Shown here piece after piece: positions 17,020 through 26,399 of a stretch of 31,467 nt of DNA. A program made the position numbers and the translations under genes. Each line of letters begins with the position of its first letter. The stretch's first letter is position 1. Source of the DNA: Promethearchaeota archaeon (GTDB lineage Archaea > Asgardarchaeota > Lokiarchaeia > Sigyniarchaeales > SOKP01). The notes under the pieces are model-generated. The model had not been told where the DNA came from and ran no database searches. It saw only the letters and a list, made by a program, of their open reading frames with translations. Where the stretch lies: the NCBI GenBank assembly GCA_019058015.1, contig JAHLWH010000219.1, forward strand, positions 1 to 31,467. Reading direction: 5' to 3'.

Positions 17020-17676
17020 ATGAATAAAAATTCCGGAAATAAAAAATTAAAAGTAATAGATGAATGGGACGGCTATGATTATGTTGCTAATTTGACATAT
17101 AAAATTGAAAATGTTGTTGGGACAGTAGTTTCAGATATTATCGAGCCAGTTGATTTGAATCTAATTGCACGCCATGATGAAAATGTTCAATACAATCCTG
17201 AAAGATTTCCGGGGTTAGTTATGAGAATTGAAAAGCCGCGTGGTACCGCATTGATATTTTCTACAGGAAAAATGGTTATTACTGGTCTTAGAGCAGCATC
17301 TGAAGCAGATAAAGTTGTTCAAAAAATTATCAAAAATATAAAGAAAGTGGGAATAGAGATAAAAAATCCGGTAATAACCGTTCAAAATATTGTAGCGAGT
17401 GGGGATCTCCATACAAATATTGATTTAAATATGGCAACTGTCGTAATGGACGATGCGATGTATGAACCTGAGGTTTTCCCTGGATTAATTTATAGAATGA
17501 AAGATCCAAAAACAGTATTTCTTGTTTTTTCAACTGGAAGAATTGTCTGTACCGGGGCAAAAACCAAATTAGCAGTTCGGAAAGCTGTTCTTAAATTAAA
17601 CAAGTATGTTCGAGAGATTGGAATTGCTAAGAAGAATTTGGAACCATATGATTATGATGAATTTGATTTTCTCTAA
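17020..17676 (+). CDS. tbp: TATA-box-binding protein
   Basis: Two TBP repeats: IENVVG...YNPERFPGLVMR...LIFSTGKMVITG and VQNIVAS...YEPEVFPGLIYR...LVFSTGRIVCTGAK. Acidic tail. Confidence 0.98.
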   Translation: MNKNSGNKKLKVIDEWDGYDYVANLTYKIENVVGTVVSDIIEPVDLNLIARHDENVQYNPERFPGLVMRIEKPRGTALIFSTGKMVITGLRAASEADKVVQKIIKNIKKVGIEIKNPVITVQNIVASGDLHTNIDLNMATVVMDDAMYEPEVFPGLIYRMKDPKTVFLVFSTGRIVCTGAKTKLAVRKAVLKLNKYVREIGIAKKNLEPYDYDEFDFL

Positions 17677-17679
17677 CTA

Positions 17680-17693
17680 TTTTTTTTTTTTTT
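17680..17693 (+). terminator. Oligo-T archaeal terminator after tbp
   Basis: T14 run 4 nt after the stop codon. Confidence 0.6.
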
Positions 17694-17820
17694 AAGTTTT
17701 CTTTTTAATACTTTAAGATTTATTATAAAATAATTTTATTAATATATTACATTGAGTAAAATATTTAATAGAGATTGACAATAATATTAGTTGAATTAAT
17801 TATTAAAACTGATTAGAAAC

Positions 17821-18612
17821 ATGTCTTCAAAAATTTTCTCATACTTATTGAAAAATAATCAATGGATAAAGTCTGATGCGATTTCCATTGATGATGTCAC
17901 AGTTTTAGTGGATACTAGAAGAGATATCATTTGGTATTTAGAAGGAGAAAAAGCTACAGCAAGAACAAAATTTGATGCTAGAGGGCTTTTAGGAGAATTG
18001 AAGAAAAAGTATATACCATATAAATTTAAAAAAATAGATAGTAGAGCCCCCATTGATGTTTTACACAAAATAGAGGAATTGAAGAAAAGCACTTCACATC
18101 TAAGTATGAAATTTAGAGGTAAAGAGATTCAAGAATTTTCAAAATACTTGTATTCTTTAAATATTGTTGCTGGAATATTACAAATAATTGGCATGATAAT
18201 AATCACATGGGCACTTTCTTGGCCCCAGATTTATGATTCTCAATCTTATTTGAATTATATTATTAATTCTAATCACTTTTACTTATATATAGAATTAGAT
18301 TCACTATTACTCTTTTTCTCCTTGATAATTTTTATATTTACATCATTTTTTGGAATAATTTTAAGAAGAAAAATATTCACTACGAGTTCAATATTTTTAG
18401 CAGTAATAATATTTTTATCATTAGTATATATTAGAATTGGACCTACATTATTATATTTTCAGGCCACCACACCTTTTCCCAATATTTTAATACGACTAGA
18501 TGCTTTTTTATTTTTCATTATTGGAGTAGATATTATATTATTAATATCTATTGTGGGCTCAGTTATCCCAGGAACATATTGGTTAATAAAGAAGAATATT
18601 AAAAAAATTTAA
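17821..18612 (+). CDS. Membrane protein: N-terminal gelsolin-like domain plus 4 TM helices
   Basis: DDVTVLVDTRRDIIWYLEGEKATARTKFDA resembles the gelsolin repeat core; four hydrophobic helices in the C-terminal half. Confidence 0.6.
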   Translation: MSSKIFSYLLKNNQWIKSDAISIDDVTVLVDTRRDIIWYLEGEKATARTKFDARGLLGELKKKYIPYKFKKIDSRAPIDVLHKIEELKKSTSHLSMKFRGKEIQEFSKYLYSLNIVAGILQIIGMIIITWALSWPQIYDSQSYLNYIINSNHFYLYIELDSLLLFFSLIIFIFTSFFGIILRRKIFTTSSIFLAVIIFLSLVYIRIGPTLLYFQATTPFPNILIRLDAFLFFIIGVDIILLISIVGSVIPGTYWLIKKNIKKI

Positions 18613-18645
18613 GATTTCATTTAAGTTATTTTTAAATGTAAAATA

Positions 18646-19278
18646 ATGCCATCAAAATTTCGATTACGCTACATTTTTAGACCGCTAATTAATAAGTTAG
18701 CAAAAATATTAGGAAGAATTGGTCTTACTCCGAATTATGCAACTGCAATTATGCTCATTTTATCTTTTTTTTGTTTTATTTTTCTTACTGTTTTGAAAAT
18801 TGAATGGCTATTTGGGATTTTTGTTTTTTTAGTAGGTATTTTCGATGGAGTAGATGGCGCAATTGCAAGATTTTTGAAAAAAGAATCAAAATTTGGAGGA
18901 TTTTTGGATTCAATTGCTGATAGATTCTCCGAAATTATAATTTTCTTAGCAATTTTACTCTATTTTGAGAACCAAAAATTTTGGAATTTGATTGAAATTA
19001 ATTTTATTATTTACATTTCATTGGGAGCCTCCCTTCTTATTAGCTATGCTCGAACACGAGCACAAAATAGTTCTCCAGGAGATTATGATATAGGATTAAT
19101 GGGACGATCTGAAAGATTATTTTTTATCTCAATATCTTCTATTTTAGGGTGGCTTTGGGAGTGCCTTCCCATATTTATGATATTAACGGTTAGCACGGCC
19201 ATTTTTAGATTAGTTAAAGCCTATTTAATCATTAAAAAAGAAGAATTTTTAAAATCTAACTCGAATAGTAAATTCTGA
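18646..19278 (+). CDS. CDP-alcohol phosphatidyltransferase (archaetidylinositol phosphate synthase/PgsA-like)
   Basis: LTPN, DGVDGAIAR....SKFGGFLDSIADR, ISYARTRA and GLMGRSER. Confidence 0.95.
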   Translation: MPSKFRLRYIFRPLINKLAKILGRIGLTPNYATAIMLILSFFCFIFLTVLKIEWLFGIFVFLVGIFDGVDGAIARFLKKESKFGGFLDSIADRFSEIIIFLAILLYFENQKFWNLIEINFIIYISLGASLLISYARTRAQNSSPGDYDIGLMGRSERLFFISISSILGWLWECLPIFMILTVSTAIFRLVKAYLIIKKEEFLKSNSNSKF

Positions 19279-19473
19279 AATAGAATGATAATTTTTAGAT
19301 AGAATAAAATATTAAAACATTACCCAAGTAATAATAAGTTTTAATAACAATTATGTAAATCTATATAATAATCAATAAGATTAAAGAAGTTTATTTAAAT
19401 ATCACGATTAGTATATAATATATTAAGTCCAATGAAAGTATTTTTTAAGATAGTCTAGTTCAAGGTGTAAAAG

Positions 19474-20004
19474 ATGCGAGATGCCGTTTTCAAGATGTTT
19501 ATTTGTGGAGAGGGTGGTGTAGGGAAGACTACATTAACTAATCGATATGTTACAGGGATTTTTAAAGACCAATCGATGACTATTGGACTTGATTTTTACC
19601 TCAAAGATGTTGAAATTGAAGGTAGAAAGGTTTCTCTACAAATATGGGATTTTGCTGGTGAATCACGTTTCAGAGCTTTAATTGGTGGTTATGTGAGAGG
19701 AGCTACGGGAGGAATTTTCATGTATGACATCACAAGATATTCTACTTTAATAAATATAGATGAGTGGTTAGACATAATTCATCGTAATTTAAAGGATAGT
19801 TATAGTGATATTCCTATTATTTTAGTTGGGGGAAAAGCAGATTTAGATGAAATTAGATCTGTAACTAAAGAAGATGCAATAGAGGTTGGAAAGTCACGAC
19901 ATCTATACGGATTTATTGAATGTTCCTCTAAATCCGGTCAAAATGTTGAATCAGTATTTACAAGCTTAGCACGTGCAATGATGGAAAATGCTAATTTAAT
20001 TTAA
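19474..20004 (+). CDS. Rab-like small GTPase (Ras superfamily)
   Basis: G1 GEGGVGKT, G2 MTIGLDF, G3 WDFAGE, G4 GGKAD, G5 CSSK. Confidence 0.95.
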   Translation: MRDAVFKMFICGEGGVGKTTLTNRYVTGIFKDQSMTIGLDFYLKDVEIEGRKVSLQIWDFAGESRFRALIGGYVRGATGGIFMYDITRYSTLINIDEWLDIIHRNLKDSYSDIPIILVGGKADLDEIRSVTKEDAIEVGKSRHLYGFIECSSKSGQNVESVFTSLARAMMENANLI

Positions 20005-20112
20005 ACTTGTATGTTTTCTTCTATAATTTATTAATTATCTCATTTTATAATAATAATAAAATTTTTAATTAATTTTATGAAATATTATCAAAATTTAAGG
20101 AATAGATGAAAA

Positions 20113-20787
20113 TTGCTTCAAAAATTTAAAAAAAAAAATGATGAAAAAAAAAAGAAATCTCGTAAAGTGAAAATACAAGATCTCTTCATTCAATCTGCAG
20201 AAAAGATTGAGGTATCTTTTATCAATATGAACAATGCCATTTACGCGTTATGTGACGGTAAAACAAAGGAGATTAAAAAATATTGCGAAGCTATAGTAAT
20301 AGCAGAAAAGGAAGCAGATAGAATATTCGAAGATATTTCAGCACGCTTGTTTTCCCGAGAAGTAATGGTTTTTTCGCGAGGAGATCGATTATACATCGCA
20401 AAACACGTTGAGGAAGTTATAGACGCAGCAGAAACCGTTGCGCGGAGATTATTGATTCATAAACCCAAAGTTTTTCCAGATTTAAGTGAAATGTTGAAAG
20501 ATGTAGCTGCCAAAGCAAAAAATATTGGGCAAATACTTAAGAAGGTAATAGTAAAGATTTTCGACGATTTCGATGAGGCAGAAAGGTTAGTTAATCAAAT
20601 TCAGGATATTCGACACGATGCAAGAAAGGTGGAATACCGATTTCTCGAGAAATTGTACGAATTTAAACCTGAATACACGGATTTTATTTTTTATGACCAA
20701 ATTATCAAAAAGACTTTATCAGTGATAAATAAAGCAGAAAATTTTGGCGATGGCATTCGAGGTTTAATTTGGAAGTATCGATTTTAA
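20113..20787 (+). CDS. DUF47 family phosphate transport regulator (PhoU-like)
   Basis: EKEADRI...LF...FSRGDRLYI...EEVIDAAE helical repeat; directly upstream of PiT. Confidence 0.88.
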   Translation: MLQKFKKKNDEKKKKSRKVKIQDLFIQSAEKIEVSFINMNNAIYALCDGKTKEIKKYCEAIVIAEKEADRIFEDISARLFSREVMVFSRGDRLYIAKHVEEVIDAAETVARRLLIHKPKVFPDLSEMLKDVAAKAKNIGQILKKVIVKIFDDFDEAERLVNQIQDIRHDARKVEYRFLEKLYEFKPEYTDFIFYDQIIKKTLSVINKAENFGDGIRGLIWKYRF

Positions 20788-20827
20788 AATCTATTTTGTT
20801 TGAAAAGATAAAGGAATTAAATGGGAT

Positions 20828-21835
20828 ATGGACTGGGTTATAATAATTCTCATAGTTTTAGCATTTGCCCTAGCTTTTGGAATCGGTAGTAACGACGAGA
20901 CTATGGCAAATGTAGTTGGAAGCGGGTCTTTAAAACTTAAAAGAGCAGTAATTCTCGGAGGAGTGCTGGCTTTTTTAGGAGTCATTTTTCTTTCTGGAAA
21001 CGTTGGTAAAACAATCGGAAAAAGTTTATTAGGTCAATCTGTAAATTATAATTCGTTCATGATGATCGCAATCCTGCTTAGTACCTCAATTTGGTTGATC
21101 TTTTCATCTAAAACTTCTGTACCTATCAGCACAACACACAGCGTGGTCGGCTCAATTTTCGGGATTAGCTTCGTGTGGGCAATTTCAACTGGAGAAAATT
21201 ACTTCCTTAGCATTAATTGGGTAAAAATTAGTGAAGTTGTTTTAGGATGGTTTATTTCACCAATTTTAGGTTTTTTTGGTGCGATAGCGATGCAATTAAT
21301 CATTAAACGGTTCATGAAATATCGTAGTGCGGGTTTATTAGAGGTGGAAAGTACCGAAAAATATTTGCAATATGTCATTTTGACATTTGTCTGTATTAAT
21401 CAAATTAGTCGTGGAGGTAACGATTCCGCTAACGCCCTCGGAGTTTTGATTGGTTTGACGGGATCTGATAATTTGACGCAGGAAGTTGTTACGATCTTAA
21501 CTTTTATTATTGGTCTTATGCTCATGGCAGGATTGATTTTTGTAGGAAAAAATGTTATCAAAAATATCTCAACAACGACCGGTAAAATGAGACCTAGTGA
21601 TTCATTGTCAGCAGAAGTATCCACTAGCATGATAATGCTTGGAGCGACCATATTAGGTTTGCCTGTATCAGGTAGTCATATTTTAGTATTTGCTTTAATT
21701 GGCAGCGCTCGCATGAAAGGAGAAAAACCCGATAGAAAATCATTCCGTAGAATGGTATCATCATGGTTTTTAACCTTCCCTGTTGCGGCGATCCTTTCAG
21801 CTGTTATTTATTCTGTACTCTTATTTTTTTTCTGA
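20828..21835 (+). CDS. pit: PiT family inorganic phosphate transporter
   Basis: GSND, PISTTHSVVGSIFG, GGNDSANA, GLPVSGSH and SWFLTFP signatures. Confidence 0.95.
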   Translation: MDWVIIILIVLAFALAFGIGSNDETMANVVGSGSLKLKRAVILGGVLAFLGVIFLSGNVGKTIGKSLLGQSVNYNSFMMIAILLSTSIWLIFSSKTSVPISTTHSVVGSIFGISFVWAISTGENYFLSINWVKISEVVLGWFISPILGFFGAIAMQLIIKRFMKYRSAGLLEVESTEKYLQYVILTFVCINQISRGGNDSANALGVLIGLTGSDNLTQEVVTILTFIIGLMLMAGLIFVGKNVIKNISTTTGKMRPSDSLSAEVSTSMIMLGATILGLPVSGSHILVFALIGSARMKGEKPDRKSFRRMVSSWFLTFPVAAILSAVIYSVLLFFF

Positions 21836-21928
21836 TCTTTAAAATCATATCAAAATTTTCTTAAGGGAAATAAAAAAAAATTATAACAATTTTTATAAAA
21901 AATAAAAGCATATAGGAGTTGATACTAA

Positions 21929-22192
21929 TTGCAAAAAGAATCTATTAAAAAATTCATTATTAACTATGGAAGTAAGATAGCTTATTGTCTCTTAGGTGCA
22001 TGTTTAGTAATAATTATCTTATTAATTATAAACATTCCTCTACAATTTTGGGATGATTCACTTTCAGATTTCATGGACAAAATTGTTAATCGAACTTTAA
22101 TGCTAGTAGGAATTAATACACTACTTTTTTCAGCAGTGATAAAAGCAATTGTTGCCAATAGCAAAGAAGCAGAGCAAAAGGAAGAAAAATAA
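21929..22192 (+). CDS. Small 2-TM hypothetical protein
   Basis: Two hydrophobic segments; AGGAG upstream of the TTG start. Confidence 0.65.
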   Translation: MQKESIKKFIINYGSKIAYCLLGACLVIIILLIINIPLQFWDDSLSDFMDKIVNRTLMLVGINTLLFSAVIKAIVANSKEAEQKEEK

Positions 22193-22217
22193 TTAAAAAT
22201 GATAATCCTATTTTCTT

Positions 22218-22928
22218 TTAATGTGTATTATTAAGCAGTATAACTATTTTATCTCCATCCTTTATATTTAGTTGATCTCTTAGGTATGGTTCTGCAATGA
22301 TTTCAACTACATGCTTTTTGTGGAAAGTTCTTTCAATTTGTAAAACTGCCCCCATACTTGTAATATTTGGATTATGTAATTTGTAAACAATTGCTGGAAA
22401 ACATAAAACAGCACCAAACCCACGATTTTCTTCTGTAAAACCTTCAATTATCACAGGTTTAATACGATCTAATTTTTGCGTGAGGATCATAAAATGATGA
22501 TCTGAGAGTTCCAAATTTAATGTTCCTTTATAAGGATTATATCCTAATTTTTTTTTAAATTGCTCGTAATATCCCTTAATGGAAACATAATATCGCCCTT
22601 CATCGGCTCCAGAAATCAATATTCCAATTACATGAAAGCTCTCATAAATATCCTTAATTTTTTCATAGATCTGAAAAATTATTTGATAACCATTATCAGT
22701 TATCTCAATTTGTTGAGCATTGAACATTTTTTTCCTAATAATCCATCCCTTTTTCTCAAGATTTTGAAGCCGCCTTGAAGCGGTTTGTTGACTTGTGCCC
22801 AAAGTTTTACAAAACTCTGTGCTTTTCACTCGAATTTCAGATTTCTCAGTTAAAATATGAGCTAAATTGATAAGTGCAAACCACTCAGCGTAATCATGAT
22901 AATTAAATTTAGACTCTTTTTTCTTCAT
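22218..22928 (-). CDS. ribK: CTP-dependent riboflavin kinase with N-terminal wHTH (RbkR-type)
   Basis: SQQTASRRL HTH; ISG..EG.YY, KLGYNPYKGTLNL, GF..ENRGFGAV, ERT.H..VVEIIA..YLR..L..KDGD. Confidence 0.95.
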   Translation of the reverse strand: MKKKESKFNYHDYAEWFALINLAHILTEKSEIRVKSTEFCKTLGTSQQTASRRLQNLEKKGWIIRKKMFNAQQIEITDNGYQIIFQIYEKIKDIYESFHVIGILISGADEGRYYVSIKGYYEQFKKKLGYNPYKGTLNLELSDHHFMILTQKLDRIKPVIIEGFTEENRGFGAVLCFPAIVYKLHNPNITSMGAVLQIERTFHKKHVVEIIAEPYLRDQLNIKDGDKIVILLNNTH

Positions 22929-22933
22929 TTAAA

Positions 22934-23398
22934 TTATGTCCTTTCCTTCTTATTTTTTAAATAATCTTTAATAATTTTCTCTTTAATTAATGTAGATGAA
23001 TGGAATTTGTGCTTATTATAAAATTTCTCTAATCTAATAATCTTAATTTTTTCAAGACCCTTTTCCTTTAAACCCTTTTTGATCATTTTAATAGTTACTT
23101 TCTGATTAGGACCCAGCATAATAATATCGGGATTAATTTCTTCAATAATCTTCAAATAATCTGAATCTATTTTTCCAAATATTGCTTTTTTAACATTTTT
23201 TAAATTCTGCACCATTTCAAGTCGTTGATCTTCAGGGAGTATAGGAGATTCACCCTTAAATTTTTTTACATTAACATCCCTCGCTACAATAACATAGACT
23301 TCACCTAATTTTGATGCCTCGTTTATTAAAAAAATATGTCCTGGATGAACGAGATCAAAAGTCCCCGTAATTACAATTTTCTTTTTTATTTCTAACAC
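22934..23398 (-). CDS. ribL: FAD synthase (FMN adenylyltransferase, cytidylyltransferase family)
   Basis: GTFDLVHPGH, VIVARD, PDIIMLGPNQ, SSTLIK; adjacent to ribK. Confidence 0.9.
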   Translation of the reverse strand: MLEIKKKIVITGTFDLVHPGHIFLINEASKLGEVYVIVARDVNVKKFKGESPILPEDQRLEMVQNLKNVKKAIFGKIDSDYLKIIEEINPDIIMLGPNQKVTIKMIKKGLKEKGLEKIKIIRLEKFYNKHKFHSSTLIKEKIIKDYLKNKKERT

Positions 23399-23423
23399 CT
23401 AATTATTCAAATTGCATTTATAT

Positions 23424-24044
23424 TTAATCCTTCAATTCTTTTTCTTTAAGAGATAAATTTAATCGGTCCATTTGAATTGATAAGGATATATTTCTTCTCA
23501 AATTTTCTAACGTTTTTCTTACACCGTCGATTTTCGATCTAAGATTTTTTAAAAGTCCTTTTGGATAATCCAAATTAAATAAATTATCATAAATCAATTC
23601 CATTATTTCAAAATAATGATTTAAATTTGAGATTTTCCCTTCTCTAATCATATTTAAACACATTCTGTTCATTTCACCAATAAGATCCGCCATACCAAGA
23701 ATATAAGAAAGAGGTTCTAAATTTAAATCCCTTGAAGAAGGAAAATCTTTATTTAATAAAACTGCTTCAAAAAGTACGGCTTCGGTATATTCTTGCTCGG
23801 GGGTCCAAAGATATTTGGCAAAATAAAGCGGATTCTTATTAATAAGTTTTTTAAGTTGAATATGCTGCTCTTTAATAATCTTAATTTTTATTTTAAAATC
23901 TTCATAATCTTTACGATGCAGAGATTTAATAATCTCGCTACAGTTTCTTACCATTACACGAGAGAGTTTTAGTATATCTTCTCTCACTGTATCTAATTCG
24001 TCAAGATCTTTAATTATTTCTGTAAAAATATTGTTTAAATTCAT
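23424..24044 (-). CDS. Translin/TRAX family protein (archaeal C3PO-like)
   Basis: REDILKLSR, QEYTEA and YILGMADLIGEM.R motifs. Confidence 0.9.
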   Translation of the reverse strand: MNLNNIFTEIIKDLDELDTVREDILKLSRVMVRNCSEIIKSLHRKDYEDFKIKIKIIKEQHIQLKKLINKNPLYFAKYLWTPEQEYTEAVLFEAVLLNKDFPSSRDLNLEPLSYILGMADLIGEMNRMCLNMIREGKISNLNHYFEIMELIYDNLFNLDYPKGLLKNLRSKIDGVRKTLENLRRNISLSIQMDRLNLSLKEKELKD

Positions 24045-24114
24045 CTAAAAACAACCCAATAATAGAGATTTACTACTCAATTAATTTTAAAAAAAGAATG
24101 AATAAGAATTAAAC

Positions 24115-26184
24115 TTATCTGAAATTAATTTTTGTTGAAAATTTTCGGAAGGGTACCGGTAATTTATGCTTTGGATATCCTTCTGTATCTTTTTTTAACA
24201 TTTCCAACAAAAATTTAAGTTTAACATCGTTATAACTCACGGTCGTACTTTTATTTTCACCATATGGCTGATTTATCAGTCTTTGCCGAATAGAGATTGT
24301 ATTGCTTTCTAATTCTTTCTCACCGACAATTATTGTATAAGGGATCCATTCCACTTCCGAATTTCTTATCTTCTTACCTAATTTCTCATTTCGATCATCT
24401 AAATCTGCTCTGTATCCTAAATTATTTACCTCATTCATCAATTTTTCAGCATAATCCAATGTTTTCTCTGAGATTGGTAAAATTCTAACTTGAATAGGAG
24501 AGAGCCAAGTTTTGAAACCAGGAATTAATTTATCTTGATTTCTTATAGCACTCTCTAATAAACCCCAAACGACTCTTTCGACGGCTCCACTTGGTGAATT
24601 ATGGAGAATAATTGGATGTTTTACTACTCCATCATCATCAGTGAATTTGATATTATATTTTTCTCTTTTTTTATCTCCTTGCATTATATAATCTAAACTG
24701 CTCTCAACATCAATTTGTATAGTCCCTAAGGTTGCGCTTTTACCAAATTTACCAGCAGATACAACATTCCGTTCAAATTTCAATACGAAATAATAATACC
24801 TATCTTCCCATAACTCGAGCAATGCTGGAATTCCTTCTTGTTCAACTAAATCTAAAATCCATTCTTTATTTTGTTCATAAAATTCTCGTGTTGACCTAAA
24901 AGTGATATAAGAAGGGAGACCAAAAGCATCTGAAATTTCTTTTACCACATCATATTGTTTTTTAAACTCATCTATCGAAGATTTCAAATCTTTACAGAGC
25001 GTGTGTAGATCTGGCATAATGAAACCTCTTAAACGTCGGAGTCCGCTTAATTCACCTTCTTGCTCTCGTCTGAAAGCATATTGCACGTATTCATAAAGTC
25101 GTAGTGGAAAATACGTTGGCTTTAAAAGCATATCACTAAACATCTGAAATTGAAGAAAATCTCCAGCAAACCGTAATAAATAACGATTAGACCCAGAAAT
25201 AACCCAATAACTTTTTGCAGGAAAACGTGCTGTTTGAGCAATTAATTTTTTATTTTTCGCCGAATACATAATTGGTGTATCAACAATAATCGCTCCAAAA
25301 TCAATCACTTTATTTTTCACATACTCTCGAATAAGTTCTGTTAAAATAACCACTTTAGGATACCACCGAAAATTTCCACTATCTGTATTTTTATCAAAAT
25401 CAACTAATTCAAATTTTTGCATATACTTAATATGAGCGGGTTCTTCGCCTAAATCCTCCCTAGCCTTTCCTAGTTCAGAATCAAAAAAGAATTTAAGATC
25501 TCCATATCCTAGCTTCCTTAATTCCTCTGGAAATATATAGTTTCCATTTGAATCGTACTCAATTTCAAATTCTTTTTTCTCGGGAGTTAAAATCTTAAAC
25601 ACTGCGCTCTTAATATGTTCCTCTGGTTCAATATATAACTTTACATCCCTATACATTTCTGCTAATTCATGCCCCAAACAATTAATTTTAAAAGCCTTAT
25701 ACCACCCAAACGGAGAATATGATGCGTCTATACCCCGATCCTTTAATAATTCGGCAATCTTTGGACATACATCCATAGCTTCCTTATCATTGCTTAAAAA
25801 CTTACTTAAATGAGCCCAAGGATACACTAATACTTTATCTACTTTATATTTTGATTCATCAAGAATTAACTCCTTTTCTTTTCTGAGTTTTCCTTTTCTT
25901 TCACCCTTCTCAACTTTTAAATTGAATTCTTGAATTTCTTTATTTTGTTGGCGGATTTTTTCGGGAAACCCTTCAATCTGATAAATTGCATCTTCAATTA
26001 CCTCTGCACCTTGATTAGCAATGACGTTAGTATCATACGTATCTTGATCTTCTATAGAGACATATGCTACAAGAATTAAACCGTCTAATTCTATTTTATC
26101 TTTCTTAAACTCCTGTGGTTCCGAAGTAGCTGGCTTTTTTTTATATACTTCCAAGCCTTCTGAGTGTATTAATAATATTTTCAT
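24115..26184 (-). CDS. thrS: Threonine--tRNA ligase, archaeal type with N-terminal editing domain
   Basis: MKILLIHS, VYPWAHLS, PFGWYKAF.I.C.GH.LAE, motif 2 FRREQEGEL.GLRRLRGF.MPDLH, ILHNSPSGAVER, and an anticodon-binding domain. ATG at 26184 preferred over TTG at 26208. Confidence 0.98.
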   Translation of the reverse strand: MKILLIHSEGLEVYKKKPATSEPQEFKKDKIELDGLILVAYVSIEDQDTYDTNVIANQGAEVIEDAIYQIEGFPEKIRQQNKEIQEFNLKVEKGERKGKLRKEKELILDESKYKVDKVLVYPWAHLSKFLSNDKEAMDVCPKIAELLKDRGIDASYSPFGWYKAFKINCLGHELAEMYRDVKLYIEPEEHIKSAVFKILTPEKKEFEIEYDSNGNYIFPEELRKLGYGDLKFFFDSELGKAREDLGEEPAHIKYMQKFELVDFDKNTDSGNFRWYPKVVILTELIREYVKNKVIDFGAIIVDTPIMYSAKNKKLIAQTARFPAKSYWVISGSNRYLLRFAGDFLQFQMFSDMLLKPTYFPLRLYEYVQYAFRREQEGELSGLRRLRGFIMPDLHTLCKDLKSSIDEFKKQYDVVKEISDAFGLPSYITFRSTREFYEQNKEWILDLVEQEGIPALLELWEDRYYYFVLKFERNVVSAGKFGKSATLGTIQIDVESSLDYIMQGDKKREKYNIKFTDDDGVVKHPIILHNSPSGAVERVVWGLLESAIRNQDKLIPGFKTWLSPIQVRILPISEKTLDYAEKLMNEVNNLGYRADLDDRNEKLGKKIRNSEVEWIPYTIIVGEKELESNTISIRQRLINQPYGENKSTTVSYNDVKLKFLLEMLKKDTEGYPKHKLPVPFRKFSTKINFR

Positions 26185-26399
26185 TTTCCATACACGCTTA
26201 TCATTCAAATAAATATAATTTACTTTATCGAGACTTTCAATAAAAAATTTGTTAAATTTTTCAGATTTTTTCTCTTCTTGAGCAAATTGAAACTATTTTT
26301 TAAATTAAGGATTCAAATATGAAGAGTGTTCAAAATAAAAATATTTTAAAGCACGTAATTAGTTAGAAAATAAGGGTAATTTTTATTTTTAAAAAAAAA

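Noticed and set aside
17215-18092. Three short minus-strand ORFs over tbp and the gelsolin-TM gene
   Set aside because: Antisense shadows of well-supported genes.
19432-19458. In-frame upstream mini-ORF MKVFFKIV* before the GTPase, resembling a Rab beta-1 strand
   Set aside because: Only 8 codons and separated from the GTPase by two stops; easily chance in AT-rich DNA.
20791-22778. Short ORFs 20791..20985, 21400..21651, 21982..22164 and 22560..22778
   Set aside because: Antisense to pit, the 2-TM gene or ribK.
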